64,000 nucleotides of DNA from Felis catus. Its lineage: Eukaryota. Both the position numbers and the translations under genes were made by a program. This document shows positions 50,909 to 63,740 of the stretch, piece after piece (position 1 is the first letter of the stretch; each line of letters begins with the position of its first letter). The stretch lies in the NCBI RefSeq assembly GCF_018350175.1, contig NC_058369.1, positions 15,316,001 through 15,380,000 of the forward strand, read 5' to 3'. Under the pieces are notes generated by a model, which made no database searches, was not told the origin of the DNA, and saw nothing but the letters and a program-made list of their open reading frames with translations.

Positions 50909-51324
50909 GATGCCTTTAATTTTTTTCTTTTACCTTAAGTCCTGGAGGAAAGTATAGCCCCTTTGTCAGGACAGAAACAACATAGTGTTGATAGTTATTT
51001 TTGATTCGTGAGCAAAGGAGCCAGGGAACGGGGAGGGCCTCTTTCCCAGCATGCTTTGACCACCTGCGCTTGGGGGCCGCCGAGCATGCCTGGCAGGGGG
51101 CATCAGGGAGGGCTTCTCCAAGAGGAACTCGATCCTCTCCTCTCCTGCCCGTCTCTGCCCCTGCCAGGGGCCGTCACAGGGCCCCACGTGCCTGGGACTG
51201 TAGCCAAAAATTGGCCCCAGTGCTCAGAAGGGACAAGAGGGGAGGGAGAAGGGGATGTGGCCGGGGAGCACGGCAGCCCGGAAGGAGCACTGAGGAATGG
51301 AATGACTCTGTTTTCACTTGCCAG

Positions 51325-51484
51325 GTGGACGGGCGCGTCACGGGAGAAAAGCTGACGGCCTACACGGCGACCCCCGAGGCCATTTACGGCACCTCCCACG
51401 TCGCCATCTCTCCCAGCCACAGACTCCTGCACGGGCACAGCTCTCTGAAGGAAACCTTTCGGAAGGCACTCGTCCCTGGCCAAG
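51325..51484 (+). CDS. LARS2: LARS2 internal coding exon (160 nt, phase 0-1; about exon 10), CP1 domain
   Basis: ttttcacttgccag| ... |gtgagc. [53 protein letters not shown], in frame with the previous exon. Confidence 0.97.
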
Positions 51485-51629
51485 GTGAGCTGGCAAGTTC
51501 AGGCCACCGCCGGGATTACACCTTAGGGACAGCGCTTCCCAGGTTCACGGTCCTTTCACATAGGTCGTCCTGTGTGATTTGTCCTTCACCTGGGCCTGAC
51601 TTGGTACTATTTTATTTTATTTTAATGTA

Positions 51630-52043
51630 AAAAATTTTTATTTTTTTTAGGTTTATTTATTTTGAGAGAGAGAAGGGTAGGGGCCGAGAGACGGATCCCC
51701 CGTGGCAGGCTCCACACCATTAGCAGAGAACCCGATGTGGGGCTTGAACCCATGAACCACAAGACCATAACTTGAGCTGAAATCAAGTTTGGACGCTTCA
51801 TTGAGCCACCCAGGTGTCCCTAAAAATTTTTTTTTAATGTTTATTTATTTTTGAGAGAGAGAGGGTACACGTGAGCAAGGGAGGGGCAGGAAGGGCGAGG
51901 GGAGGGAGATTGGGAGGGTCTCAAACAGGCTCCATACTCCACGCGTAGCCCGATGCAGGGCTCCATCCCACCACCCTGGGATCATGACCTGAGCTGAAAC
52001 TAAGAGTCGGACACTCAACCAACTGAGCCACCCGGGCCACCCC
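51630..52043 (-). mobile_element. Two tandem older Can-SINEs
   Basis: Heads end at ~51820 and ~52043. Confidence 0.85.
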
Positions 52044-53093
52044 TGCTTCTTGAGTTTCTGACCAAAAGCTCAATTCTCTTTAAATATAATCTAGATTTAA
52101 AACCCTTTTCTGATAGGAATCGAATCTCCCCTTAATGTATAATTCCATCCTCAAATACAACTCTCCTGATGACGGCGACAGGGAGGAAGCCAGTGAGAAT
52201 CAGAGGAACCATTTTCAACAAGTTCATTTTAATATTCTAAAGAATTCCCACCGTTATCTGGGCAGATGAGCAGAGCAGTCCTCAGTACACGCCTTCAGTC
52301 CGTGGGTCAGGCTGACCTGGAATCGGCCCAGAAGGTGCTATCGGTCAGTGTGGATTTGGGGAGTTTCTGTGCGTTAGTCCAGATTCTGTGGTTGCACGCA
52401 ACACAGTCCATCCCTGGTCAACCCAGAGGACAGAGGGAACATGCTGGAGGCTGTGGGAAGCTTGCTGACCGGCAGGAACGAGTCGGGAAGAAGACTTGGC
52501 CCAGGGCAGCCGTGGGGTTTGGCAGCTGGAGCTGACAGTCTGCCGAGCGTCACTGACTGAATGAATCGGCTCCCACCTCGCCCTCAGTGCTGGGGCACTT
52601 GGTCCAAGATTCCTGTTGCGGGGAAAGGTGTCTGAGTGGTGTAAGTGAGGCCCTTGGCCTTTTTCTCGGGCAAGGGAAGGGCGGACACATTCCTTGTTAG
52701 ACCACCAAGACTATAACCAGTGAGGAGGGGTAGCTCCCCCTCAACAAACTCGGAGGCTCTTACCAGAGGAAGGCGGTACGGGCCCTGGGCAGGCGAAAGG
52801 AAGTCCCCCATCCGTTAGAAGTAGGTCTCCAGAGAAATGTAAATATTTCTGTAAAAATCTCATCCTTGTTCTCTTTTCATAGACTAAATTTCAACCCAGA
52901 GCACACAGTCTGAATTATCAGGGTCTGAATTATTTGACTACAGAAACGATAGTCATGGTGATGTCAAGTTTCTGTTTGTTCGTTTGTGTGTTTGTTTTCA
53001 TTGCTATTCTTAAAATAACCAGAATGAAAAATTTCCAGGCTGGAAAGATAGACAATGTCATCCCAACCTCCCTTCGCTTGAGATATAATTGCT

Positions 53094-53200
53094 GGGGCAC
53101 CTGGCTGGCTCAGTCAGTAGAGCACACAACTCTTAATCTCAGGGCCATGAGTTTAAGCTCCATGCTGGGCATGGGGCCTACTTAAAAAATAAAAATGAAT
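53094..53200 (+). mobile_element. Short tRNA-like carnivore SINE without a CT tract (t-SINE/SINEC_c-like)
   Basis: ggggcacctggctggctcagtcagtagagcac...gagtttaagctccatgctggg...ttaaaaaataaaaa. Confidence 0.7.
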
Positions 53201-53724
53201 AGAGACTTAACTGGTTACTTCCAGTATAAAGCCAGGTTCAAATCAGTGAGCACTCAGGAAGAGCCTGCTCCGCGCTAAGCACTCAGGGACGCGCAGAGGA
53301 CCGCAGGTCCGCCTTCTTCCGCGGGGTCACGACAGGAGGGCCAGATGCACGTGCGATTCACTCTGGCACAAGACGGATCTCATCTGCTGTCATCTCTTGT
53401 TACATCAAAATGGAAAACAAGACTTGTGTTAAAATTTCGGTCCAGTGTAGCCCTCTCTGGTTTACTTTCTACCTACTCACAAGAAATACTGGGTTCTTTT
53501 CAACTGTTCGTTTAAAGGGAAAACTCCGAGTTTTTAACTCTCAGGAGCAATTTGAGATTCTTTGTGGGCTGTGACGGTTGAATGATATCTAAAATCAAAA
53601 GACAAAAAAAAGGTAAAAAATCTAGCTCTTGGGTTTTGTTTTCTTATGGTGAATCTAGTGACACAAATGAAAATGAGGTCATGTTAACAGGGGCTTAATG
53701 AGATCATATATTCTAAAAGATGGA

Positions 53725-54165
53725 GGGGTGCCTGGGTGGCGCAGTCGGTTGAACGTCCGACTTCAGCCAGGTCAGGATCTCGCGGTCCGTGAGTTCGAGC
53801 CCCGCGTCAGGCTCTGGGCTGATGGCTCGGAGCCTGGCGCCTGTTTCCGATTCTGTGTCTCCCTCTCTCTCTGCCCCTCCCCCGTTCATGCTCTGTCTCT
53901 CTCTGTCCCAAAAATAAATAAACGTTGAAAAAAAAAAATTAAAAGATGGAGACCCCTCCTGGGTGGCTCAGTCCACTAAGTGTCTGACTCTTGGTATCGG
54001 CTCAGGTCATGATCTCAGAGTCATGAGATCGAGTCCTGGGTTGGGCACTGAGCATGGACCCCCCCCTTAAGATTCTGTCTCCCTCTCTCTCTCTCTCTCT
54101 GTTTCCCTTTGTTCCTATCCCTGCTCATGCGTGCATGCTCTCTAAAATAAAAATTTTTGAAAAAA
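53725..54165 (+). mobile_element. Young Can-SINE (53725-~53940) inserted at the head of an older Can-SINE
   Basis: TSD taaaagatggag at 53714 and 53940. Confidence 0.88.
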
Positions 54166-56290
54166 TGTATATATAGGAGATGGCGTTCCTGACATGAGAG
54201 GCACTGTATCAATTCCAGACATTTTAATGTGTAAGAAATTAAGAACTTATTTTAGCAGGTGCAGAGAGTGATGTTTTCGTGATCATCGTTTCATGATCGT
54301 CGTTGTATTTTAACCGCGCATGGTTCACTAGCTTCCTTCTCACCTCTTCTTAATAATCTCTGAAATAATTCCATATGGAACATTCCGCCCAGCGCTCAAT
54401 GTTCCAGTTCTAATTTCCAGCGTGGAAATAGCCTCTTTGCAGATATCAGCGTATTCAAAGTCTCCAGGTTATTTTGCGCGTCAAGCCTCCGGATTTTGAC
54501 GCGTGGCGTTCACTAGTGATGTCAGGCCAGCGCGGTGCCTTGGGTATGAGGGTTTTTCCAAAACTCACACTTAAAGTCACCACACGAATATGGCTCTGTG
54601 CCTTCTTTGGCCTCTGAGGTTACATTCTAAACCCAAACATCACATCGCTGTTGTCATTTGCCGTTGCCGGCCGGCTCAAATCAGGCGAGCGGCTTGTTTT
54701 TTCCATCCAGCGTCCGTCCGGTTTTGAGGGTGACTAGTGACCACTGAAAGTCAGGGCAGCACTCAGTTGTGACGCACTGGATCCCCTGCAGGAGTTGATG
54801 TTCTCATACACGAGTCCCTGCAGCCGCTAAGGGGGTCTCTGTCTGTCAGCTCCTGCATTGGCACAGGATGGCCAAGGTTCTGGTCCCAGAGCCGTCCTGT
54901 GACTCAAGGAGGGACACTCGACCGTTGTGAGTTTGGCTTTCCCAGCGGAGCGGGCAGGGCGGTTGCGGAGGCCCTGCGGGTACAGAAGGAGCCCCGAGGG
55001 GCTCGGAGGAGGAGGGCGACACACGTGGATGGGGTGATGCTTGGGTGACAGAGGAGTGGCATGCCATGAGTTTAGGTAAGAGACGGTGAGGACAGGAGAA
55101 GAGCAGTGGTCAGAACGGAGGGGCCGGAGCAGCTCCCAGAAGCGTCTGGAGGGCAGCGAGGGCAGAGGCTTGGGGACGCCGCCCTGATTCCTGGCCGGGC
55201 CGACTGGGTTGCTGATGTCATTGGTGAAAAGTACCGTGTTCCACTCAGCCTCCTATAATTTGGCATAGATTCCTTTAAGAGAGCAAAAAGTCAGGTGCTT
55301 CCCTCCAGAGTTCTTGAAATGGAGTTTATTTTCATCATTGACGTTGCCGCCTCCCCTCAGCTGACCGCCTCTGACTTAAGTCGTGTTATGTAAGCTCTGA
55401 CTTGATGGAAGCCACAAACCATAAAAAGCATCAATAGGGAAACATCACCAGAGTTCTAGAAGCTGTTCTGTCTTTTCCTGGCGTCTTTTCTTACATTTCT
55501 AATATTAAAATATTCAAACCCTGAGGCTTTGGAACCAAACATTTCAGTGCTGAGTCACCAGTGGTCTACGTGATGCGTGTTTTTGCCCAAAGGGTAAATG
55601 AGGTCTCCCCAAAGGGTTCCTCAGAACGCTGTTGTTGTCAACAGCATCAGAGAGCAAGAGCCCCCCCTCCCCGGGAGCCCCGGAGCGTTCAATAATTGCT
55701 GTCGTCGTCCCCTCTTCCTGCTTAGTATCTGTGTGGGGACAGAACCTTTGCTCTACACCGTGACTGCCTAAGAGAGGAGAGCAGATGGCGTGTTTCACAC
55801 TTACATGACCACACAGCCCTGTTTTCCGCAGAGTATCCCTGCACGGAGCCCGCTTTGCTGAACACCGAAGGGAATCCATCTGCCTGCTTTTTCCCAGAGG
55901 GCACGAAAGACCTGCTGGCTTTAGCGGCGGGCCCCGGGGAGCAGTGGGCACCTTTTCTGCCCGGGACATTTCCTTTGCACTGATGCGTTTGGGAGTTAGG
56001 GAGCCACTGCAGGAAATGCTTCGGTGACTTGGGGTTTCTCCGTGGCTTCCTTGTCTTCCTGCTTTGCGTTGCCAGCGCCTGACCAAGGAGAAGGACGGAG
56101 AGCTCTAGACCTGGTCGGGAGCTTCAGATTTGATTTTGATTTTGTTGTTTCTAAGAAATAGGTTTGGACCAGGGACAGCATGCAAGTTGCTGGTCTGTAA
56201 TCATTACGGGTCTGCCAGGTCTTAAGTTCACAGACTGATTTGTTTTTCCTCGTTGAGATATAATTCACATACCATGAAATTCACCCTGAA

Positions 56291-56495
56291 TTTAATTTTT
56301 TTCGTGTTTATTTTTGAGACAGAGTGTGAGCGGGGCAGGGGCAGAGAGAGAGAGAGAGGGAGACACAGGACCAAGCAGGCTCCAGGCCCTGAGCTGTCAG
56401 CACAGAGCCCTATGTGGTGCTCGAACTCACACACTGTGAGATCATGACCTGAGCCGAAGTCGGACGCTTAACCGACAGAGCCACCCAGGTGCCCC
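56291..56495 (-). mobile_element. Can-SINE inserted in L1MB-like element
   Basis: TSD-like ttcaccct. Confidence 0.9.
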
Positions 56496-57271
56496 TCCCT
56501 CCTTTTTTCCTTGTTTCACCCTTCAAGTGCACAATCCCGTGGTTGTTGGTCTATCCACAGAATTGTACAACCGTCCGTCAGTGTTAGAACATTTTCATCA
56601 CCCCAGAGAGATCCCACAGCTCTTAGCAGCTGCCCCTAATCCTACAGTTTCCCCCAGCCCTGGGCAGCCACTAGTCTACTCGCTTCATAGATTTGCCGAT
56701 TCCGGACATTTTGTATAAATGGAATCGTGCGGTCTTTGTCCTTTTGTGACTGGTTTCTTTTCACTTAGTGTAATGTTTTCAAGCTCATCCATGTTGTAGC
56801 CTGTGTCCGTTCGCCATTCCTTTTTCATTTCAGGATAATGTTATGCATTGTACTCATCCGTTCATCGGTTGATGGACATGTCGGTTCCACTTTCTAGCTG
56901 CCGTGAATGATGCCGCTGTGCACATAAGTACAGATTTCTGCGTGGACGTATGTTTTCATTTCCTCATATATGTATCCAGGAGTAGAATTACTGGGTCATA
57001 TGGTAGTTCTGTGTTTCACTAGTCGAGGAAGTGTCAGACTTTCCCGCAACAGCTGCACTGTTTTACGTTCCGACCAGCAGCGTCCGAGGGCTCCGATTGC
57101 CCCACGGCTTTGCCAGCACTTGTTACTGTCCTTCTTTTTGAGTATGATCATCCTAGTGGGTAGGAGTGGTGTCTCACTGTGGTTTTGATTTGCATCTACC
57201 CAGTGGCTGACGGTGCTGAGCATCTTTGCATGTGTTTATTGGCCATTTGCATACCCTCTTTTTTAATGTGG

Positions 57272-57501
57272 TTTTTTTTTTTTTTTTGAGAGAGAGAGAG
57301 AGAGTGTGTGTGTGTGCATGCACACACGCACGTGGGCACGCAAGTTGGGGAGGGGCAGAGAGAGAGAGAGCGAGAATCCCAAGCAGGCTCCACGCTCAGC
57401 TTGGAGCCCGATGCGGGGCTGGAACCCATGACCCTGGGATCAAGACCTGAGCCAAAATCAAGAGTCAGATGTTCAACCAGCCGAGCCACCCGGGCGCCCC
57501 C
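57272..57501 (-). mobile_element. Can-SINE inserted in L1MB-like element
   Basis: TSD-like ccatttg..ta..(c)tctt. Confidence 0.88.
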
Positions 57502-57784
57502 ATTTGTGTATCTTCTTTGGAGAAATGTCTATTCAGATCCTCTGCCCGTTTTTTAATTGAGTTGTCTTTCTGTCGTTGAACTTTAACAGTTCTTTACATG
57601 TTTTAGGTACAAGTCCCTTATCAGATATATGATTTACAAAGATGCTCTCCAGTTCTGGGGGTTGTCTTTTCACTTCCTATCTTCCATGTCGGTCTTTAGT
57701 CCGTTTTTGAGCTAATTTGCATATATGGCAAAAGTAAGGATCCACCTTCATTCTTTTGCATGTGGTCACGTTTTTTTAATATAT

Positions 57785-57994
57785 GTATTTTTAACATTTA
57801 TTCATTTTTGAGAGACAGAGAGCAAGCAGGGGTGGGGCAGAGAGAGAGGGAGACACAGAATCCAAAGCGAGCTCCAGGCTCTGAGCTGTCAGCACAGAGC
57901 CCGACGCAGGGCTCGAACTCACAAACTGTGAGATCATGACCTGAGCCAAAATCAAGAGTCGGATGCTTCACCGGCTAAGCCACCCCGGTGCCCC
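57785..57994 (-). mobile_element. Can-SINE
   Basis: Reverse-complement SINE. Confidence 0.9.
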
Positions 57995-58129
57995 TCCATC
58001 TTTCTTTTTAAAAATTAATTAGTGTTTTGTAAGATCCAATTAATATATGTATATCACATGAAAGTCAAAGTCAAAGAGTATTAGCAACAGCAGGAGCTTC
58101 CTTCCCCATCCCCGTGGAATCCTTTTAGG

Positions 58130-58520
58130 TGTGTTACTTAGGCTAGGAGTTTGGTGGCTATGACAGAGTCCTGACAACACGGTGACTTAAAAAGACATAA
58201 GTTTGTTTCTTGCCCGCATGAATCTCAGAGCGAGTATAACAAGTCTGCTTTATGAGTCAGTCACGGCCAAGGCTCTTTCGGCCGTCCCACTGTGCCCTTC
58301 AAGGCTCTTGGCCTTCCCTGTGTGCTCTGAGACGTTCAGCACATCGTCTGCATTGCGTTAAGTAACCAGCAGAGAATGAAGGGCGTGCTCCTTCCCTCTG
58401 AGAGCATGACCTAGAAGTCGCTTCTGCACGTACCCCGTGGCCACACCGGCGGAACAGAGGCGGAGCAGTGCTGTCGTGAGCTGTGCAGCCGAGCGTCCAG
58501 CTAAGTGTTTTGTTGCTGAG
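58130..58520. mobile_element. Old MLT1 (I/J-like) LTR
   Basis: ttaggctagg...ggctatgacaga...gtgacttaaaagacataagtttgtttct...gtggccacacc. Confidence 0.5.
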
Positions 58521-59008
58521 TCGGAGGGAGAGGCAGGTCCGGGGTCAGCCTGTGCCCCACGTGTTTCTCTGGTACAGCCCTCCCTGTGTCTGGGTAATGG
58601 GCCTCCCCTGCTTCCCCTCAGCTCACCAGTTCTCGACATTACCTTGCGACTTTTACTGTCACACCTCGTCTCCCGTCCTCCTCCTCGCGTTTTCTCGTGA
58701 CCGCAGACTTCACGTGTGTGCACGTCTTCTTTGAGGAGGGGCCGTACGGAATCGGAAACCCCGGGTCTCCCCTTTGGGAAATGGCAGCACTTAGGCGGCT
58801 CGGGCAGCAGGTGCCTCCCAGCTGTGGTACCGTGGGTGCTGAACCTCTGCCCTGGAGACCCGTTTGGGTTGCGTGTCACTCTGTCCCCACCCTAGCCCAC
58901 CCTTTGCTTCCTCACCCCCCCCCCTCCTGCCGCCAAGGTGAAAGGTGAGAAGAGCCGGTTTAGGTGCCTACAGAGCCTATCTTTCCCTCTTTGAAATGAA
59001 TAAATCTA

Positions 59009-59232
59009 GGGGCGCCCGGGCGGCTCAGTCAGTGAAGCGTTCACCTCTTCATTTCGGCCCAGGTCATGACCTCACGGTTTGTGAGTTCGAGCCCTGCATC
59101 GGGCTGTCTGCTGTCAGCACAGAGCCCACTTCAGATCCGCTGTCCACGCCCCACCCCCCCGCCCTTCCCTAGCTCGCACACATACACGCACTCTCTCTCC
59201 CTAAGATACAATAAACATCAAAAAATAAATAA
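59009..59232 (+). mobile_element. Can-SINE
   Basis: TSD aataaatct. Confidence 0.88.
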
Positions 59233-60217
59233 ATAAATCTGACTTCCTGGGCATATTCTAACTTTGGGGTTTGTAAAACATATTTCAGATAAATTATAGA
59301 AAGTCTTAAAACACGGCAAATGCAGGTAGTAAGAGTTCACAAATTATAACTGCGGTCAGTTGCTCATGTTGCTGTAAGCGCAAGTGAGCTCGCCGATTGT
59401 TTACCACTCCTCATCCCTTCTTCCTTTGGGACTGCGTTTGCGTCTTCATGCTTCCATTCCTGCACATCGTTAGTGAAGATTCATCTATTAATGGCTCGTC
59501 TCCCTGCTGTGGTAGTTGTAACAAGCTTCATTTAAGATGGCACACTGTTTGGATAATTCCAAATTAAGCGTTTTGTTACGACCACATAAATACCATTCAC
59601 AACTGAGCCAAGGACACTATGGTTACTTTTTCCTTTTGGTAGTACTTTCTGTTTTGCCTGAAGTTAATGATGTCTTCTTTTTTTTTTCATCTGCTTTGTG
59701 TTCTTTGAATTTCTAAGTCTTCCCACACCCTCCTAGAGGCTCTTTGAAACTCCTCTCAATACAAGTTTTCTACACACTCCAACCTGTCAGATCAAATGTA
59801 TTGATCCCTCTTTTCCCCCCCGGAAGATGCTTCTTGGGCCCTCTATCCTGCTCAGACCTGACCTGGTCACTCTCTAGGCCTCTGCTGCCCATCTGCTGCC
59901 TAGGGCTTCCCTCTTTCTTTGTTCTGAGAGTGTCCCGACCCTCTTTCCTTTGTTGGATCCTGTTTCCTAGATCCCGTTTCTGTCTCTTTCTTAATTTACC
60001 CCTTCGTTTTGCTGGAACACATCCTCTGCTCTCTCCTGAGAAAGAGTAAGTGGGAAGAACTGTTCTGTCTTTGTATGTCCGGATCTCTCCTGCTCTCTGC
60101 TTAGTTATTCTCTACTCTCTTATCCACTTCCGTTTTCAGGTGTTAGGATTTGGAATTCCAGACATCTCCTAATCATCGTAGATTTTTGTGTTGCTTGTTC
60201 TTCTGTATATTTGAGGT

Positions 60218-60394
60218 ATTTTTTTTTTAATGTTTATTTATTTTTGAGAGAGAGAGAGAGAGCACATGAGCAGTGGAGGAGCAGAGAGAGAGGGAAAGAG
60301 GGGCTCAAACCCACAAACCAAAAATGCAAGATCATGACCTGAGCCAAAAATCAAGAGTTGGCCACTTAACCGACTGAGCCACCCAGGGGCCCCC
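60218..60394 (-). mobile_element. Can-SINE, internally deleted
   Basis: TSD tgaggta(t/c)ttt. Confidence 0.85.
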
Positions 60395-60684
60395 TGAGGT
60401 ACTTTTCAAAAGGAGAAAGGGGTGGCGGGAACGTCTTTTACCATCTGGAAAGTAAACACGCCATTTCACTTCTTTGGTTGTGAGCACAGCTGAACATTTT
60501 TGTGTATTTGCTTCACCTTTTGACTTTCTACTGCTGTGAATTATCCATTGATAACTTCGGAGAACAGATTTTTTTTAAACCGTTAGCACAAGACACAGAA
60601 GTCCCAGTGCTTATTTTTCTCCCTTATCTCCTCTGAGACTCAGATGGTGTGAGTACCCCAGCTGTCACTTGCTCTTGTTTTCAG

Positions 60685-60789
60685 ACTGCCTCACGCCCGT
60701 GACGGCCGTGAACATGCTCACCCAGCGGGAGGCCCCTGTCGTTATCTTGGCCAAAGCTGACTTTGAGGGCTCTCTGGATTCCAAAATAG
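60685..60789 (+). CDS. LARS2: LARS2 internal coding exon (105 nt, phase 1-1; about exon 11)
   Basis: ctcttgttttcag| ... |gtgagt. (D)[34 protein letters not shown]; the phase fits the exons on both sides. Confidence 0.96.
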
Positions 60790-61506
60790 GTGAGTAGCTA
60801 TTAAAATATAATCAGGATAATATACTTAGCAGGCTTCCGATCAAAACCCCAGGCTGTCGCGGTCAACTGCAATTGCTCCCTGCTGACTCCATGGTCTGTT
60901 TTGCCTCTGGAAAAAAATGATATGCCCGTCATTTAAACACCCCTTATTTAATAACTACGTTTTGAAAATATACCCAGGAGTCCACACCTTGCTAGTTGCT
61001 ATTGGGAGTAATAAAAAGTATCCGGCCAGCAGAGCTAGTTGGTGAGACGCATACGTATGGTACGGGGAATAATACAACTCAGATGAAATCTGATTTCGGA
61101 GCTCCTAGAACCAACAGCAACTGTGGAGATGGGGGTTCTGAGCACGCATGATGGATTGGGCTGGGTTTTGGCAGAGGTCTGTGGGGGAGGTGAACTTGAG
61201 CCCTCCAGGGAAGGGACCGTGACACACCAGTAGGGTTAGAGGTGCATTTAGAACTGTGCGTTGGATGTCCCCTGCGGCCTCGCTCATCCCTCGCTCATCC
61301 TCAGGTGTCGTCACCTTGCGGGGCTCGGGGATGAACCAAAGGCTGAAAACTAATGACAGCGCGTGCAAAATCCGCCCTTTGGATGGGCCCGAGCACCCCT
61401 CTTCTCCAGTATTCCGGCTGCAGATCCCAGCCACTCTCAAAGTGCCAAGAATCTGCAGAGAAAGTTCCTTCCACTCTCAGTTTCGTGGCACCCAGAAGAA
61501 ATAGCA

Positions 61507-61719
61507 TTTTTTTTTTCAACGTTTATTTATTTTTAGGACAGAGAGAGACAGAGCATGAACGGGGGAGGGGCAGAGAGAGAGGGAGACACAGAATCGGAAG
61601 CAGGCTCCAGGCTCCGAGCCATCAGCCCAGAGCCCGACGCGGGGCTCGAACTCCCGGACCGCGAGATCATGACCTGGCTGAAGTCGGACGCTTAACCGAC
61701 TGCGCCACCCAGGCGCCCC
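61507..61719 (-). mobile_element. Young feline-type Can-SINE
   Basis: Perfect TSD agaaatagcattttttt; CpGs intact. Confidence 0.93.
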
Positions 61720-62265
61720 AGAAATAGCATTTTTTTTTATCAACATCACGTTTTCCCTCCCAATTCCCAGATCGGTTTTTGGCAAAGTGATTTGAAGAAC
61801 CAGCCAAACAGAAAATGGACATTAAGGCATTCGGGCCATTCCCTTCTGACCATTGGAACCTGGAAAATGTGTTGCTTGAGGGACATAATTCCTTCTATTT
61901 ACTCTTACGTATTTTATAACTAGTAAGATTCATTAATACAATCAGCCAAGATAAACAAGAAAAGGACCTCTTGTTGATGTGGCTTTTTGCTTTTACAGGG
62001 GGTGAGGGGAGGGGTGGAGTTGGAGTCAAATTACTGGCACAGTATTGAAAATTCTGAAAGAAAAAAAAAAAAGTCTGATTTTTTTTTTTTTTTTTTAGGA
62101 TGTGCCTGGAAATAATTTTTCCTGTTGTCTTGAATTCCCACAGTTACATTATTAACATTTGCTAAGTTACTGCTTCTTGCCTTCCAAGAAGAGCAATAGA
62201 AATAAAAAAGAGATAAAGTGGTGTTTTTGCCATTTCAACTGCATTTTACAAAGTAGTTCGTGTCC

Positions 62266-62474
62266 GGGGCACCTGGGTGGCTCAGTCGGTTAAGCGCCCG
62301 GCTTTGGCTCAGGTCATGATCTCACAGCTCATGAGTTCGAGCCCCGCGTCAGGCTGTGTGCTGACAGCTCAGAGCCCGGAGCCTGTTTCAGATTCCGTGT
62401 CTCCCTCTCTCTCTGCCTCTCCCCTGTTCTCACTCTGTCTCTCTCTCTCTCAAAAATAAAGATTAAAAATAAAA
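62266..62474 (+). mobile_element. Can-SINE
   Basis: Head, CT tract, A tail. Confidence 0.9.
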
Positions 62475-62959
62475 TAGTTCACATCCTACTGAGCCCCACA
62501 TAACCCACACTGTGGTCCAGGGCATTCTTTATGTGGTCAAATGAATTTTTTGGCCACAGTGTCTCCTTTCGAACATTTCTCCTCATTACCCCAAACCATA
62601 CGCTTTGGGAGGGTAGCAAATGGACACTTTCCAGTAATATTTATTGCTTGCCATTTGTCCTCACCCTTCCTTCAAGTCCACTCTGAACATTTGTCTGCCT
62701 CGTTAGGTGCTTTTTGTCAGTAATCTCAGCCGGAACACCACAGAACTTTCCATCACACCGCGGAGCGTTCCGTCTCGCCAGGGAGCTTTAGGACATGTCT
62801 CCCAAACATTAAATCACCCTCGTAGGGCGGTGTTCCAAGGAGGTCGCCCGTGGAAATGTGACCGAAAGCACTGTATGTGTTGCCCTTAGTTTTCTCTCCC
62901 GGTGGCCACGTGTCGCGTTGTGTCTGCAGGGACGTTAGCAGGTGTCACGGCTGACCCTC

Positions 62960-63148
62960 CAGCAGGAGCTCTCAACCAGGGGCGATTTGGCCACCAGAGG
63001 ACGTTTGGCAATTCTGCCGCCATTTTTCTGTCATACTCGGGGAATGCTACTGGCTGAGACCAGGGACGCTCCCCAACATCCTACAGTCCTCGGCACAGCC
63101 TCACAGCTAAGTCCAGGAGGCCAGCAGTGCCAGGATTGAGAACCCACC
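62960..63148. mobile_element. MER20-like hAT MITE
   Basis: ctctcaaccaggggcgattt...gtttggcaattctg...gctactggc...aacatcctacag...gattgagaaccc. Confidence 0.7.
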
Positions 63149-63740
63149 ACGGGCAAGCTTGTGTGTATGAATAGCTGAAGCCGACAGTAGGCCTTGGCCC
63201 TCTGCATGAGTGATTTACTTATGCTCACCTCCGTCTCCAGGGCATATGTGGGTTGAAGAATAAATTTCTGTTCGGAATGAAGGTACCTTTGCCTTTGGGA
63301 ACAGAGCCCAGCGTGCAGAAACACAGTTGTCAGCTTTCCACTTCCGGACCGAGTGGATTTTTCCGGGGTGCCCGGAAATGCCGGGGTGCCCTGCGTCTTG
63401 CGAGAATGCCACGGTCCTTGGTCACTGAGGGAATTCAGACAAGAGGCTTCTCCAGATGCTTGTGCTTCCCTGTCTCGGTGACACAAAGCACCCCGAGTCG
63501 TGTGTTTCAGAATTACAGCTCTTCTTGAAGCACAGAATGAAGACTTTAAGAAATAGGGGGGTGGGTTTCTCCAAGACGGTGCTCCTTTTTCCCGAGGAAT
63601 GCGCCGTGGTTTTGTAACTTCTGTAGCTAATAGAGGGTCTCCCTCGGGAAGCTAAAGCCGAGGGTGTTAGTGCTGTCGATATCTCCGTGACTTGAGCATT
63701 TGCAAAGGAGGTGTTCTATGCTTCTTCCCCTTCTGAATAG

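Larger units (their letters stand above)
56250..57770 (-). mobile_element. Older LINE-1 3' end (L1MB-like), interrupted by SINEs
   Basis: gagatataattcacataccatgaaattcaccc... ttagaacattttcatcacccc... followed by decayed ORF2 C-terminal sequence (NKCWQ.. in ORF 56996-57223). Confidence 0.85.

Noticed and set aside
51001..51630. 209-aa ORF as a gene
   Set aside because: Only 51325-51484 is LeuRS-like and bounded by AG/GT; the flanks are open by chance.
53094..53200. tRNA gene
   Set aside because: It has A/B-box-like head sequence but a decayed cloverleaf and an A tail: a tRNA-derived SINE. The same applies to all SINE heads here.
54477..54503. Small hairpin cgcgtcaa...ttgacgcg
   Set aside because: An 8-bp stem is too short for a pre-miRNA and is expected by chance in 64 kb.
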